A stretch of DNA of 60,494 nucleotides, filler included, from Sphacelaria rigidula (taxonomy: Eukaryota): NCBI GenBank assembly GCA_964200075.2. It is 10 parts of 10 records of this genome, joined end to end, with 100 filler letters (N's around TTAATTAATTAA, not from the genome) between each part and the next. Parts side by side here need not be neighbours in the genome. Positions count along the whole stretch, not along the records: positions 54,536 to 60,494 come from CAXNAA020023207.1; 9 more parts are not named here. One strand, 5' to 3'. This document shows, one piece after another, positions 59,864-60,494 of this stretch. A program made the position numbers and the translations under genes. Position 1 is the first letter of the stretch; each line of letters begins with the position of its first letter. The notes under the pieces are model-generated. The model did no database searches. It was not told the origin of the DNA and was given only the letters and a program-made list of their open reading frames with translations.

Positions 59864-60494
59864 CTGAGGAGGACATGCATTGGATTGAAAAAACAAACAC
59901 GCAAAAGTCACAAAAAAAAAAAAAGCACGACAAAAGCGGGAGCACGACGACACAAAGGCGCGACACAGACGCGATCATGCAACCAGGACAAACATTTCGG
60001 GTGAAGATATAGCGCAGTTTCACGGGGAAGAAATCCAGCGGCTGTGTGCTCAACTGAGTAGCTGCGAACGAATACGACAAGTGGGGGGCGCACGCACCAA
60101 GACTCTTTTCATCCTGAAGGGGGCACGGAATGAGACCAGGGAAGCGGCAGGAGCGGAGCGGGTGTCATGGTAGACTAATGTTACCGGTGTTGCTGCTGCA
60201 GAGAGTAGTGGCGGTGGTTTGCGGCTATTGTGGTGTTGCGCATCCACACGGAAAAAACGAACAAAATCAACCAAGTATTGTACAGACAACAATTCAATCA
60301 TCTTTTTTTTCGAACCATCGCATCAGCCAGCCCATTTGTTCATCAGATCCGCGGCCGAAGTACGCATGAAATTTTCCCGGGCAACCACGAACAAACATAC
60401 ACTCTTGTCGTGATCATGATGATGGGGGCGCGCGCGCGCGCGGGGGGGGGGGGGGCAGGGTAACCTGTGAAAAAGACGACCCGCAGGGGGGTTT

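Overview
This window is not one locus. It is ten unrelated contigs of about 5.96 kb, joined by artificial N...TTAATTAATTAA...N linkers. The DNA is eukaryotic, intron-rich and transposon-dense; gene structure and content suggest a flagellated stramenopile, probably a brown alga (inference). Spliced gene fragments reconstructed by hand: the 3' end of a PKA catalytic subunit, a myosin motor domain (with one GC-AG intron), an NCS2/AzgA-type permease, the N-terminus of an axonemal dynein heavy chain, a probable Paf1 C-terminal region, and an unrecognised gene built from exon-sized six-cysteine modules behind an RxLR-like/polybasic segment. Mobile DNA includes decayed Gypsy, Copia, Helitron and LINE elements, tRNA-derived SINEs, non-autonomous hAT-like and piggyBac-like elements, and several MITEs. 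Most interesting: (i) a 44-bp palindromic tandem array, bounded by inverted repeats, with two different piggyBac-like elements inserted at the same register; (ii) the modular Cys-rich gene with a dead module exon; (iii) a LINE family whose 3' ends abut C-runs instead of poly(A), one copy supplying a splice-acceptor pyrimidine tract; (iv) a MITE carrying telomere-like TTAGGG repeats. All family assignments come from motif recognition, not database searches.
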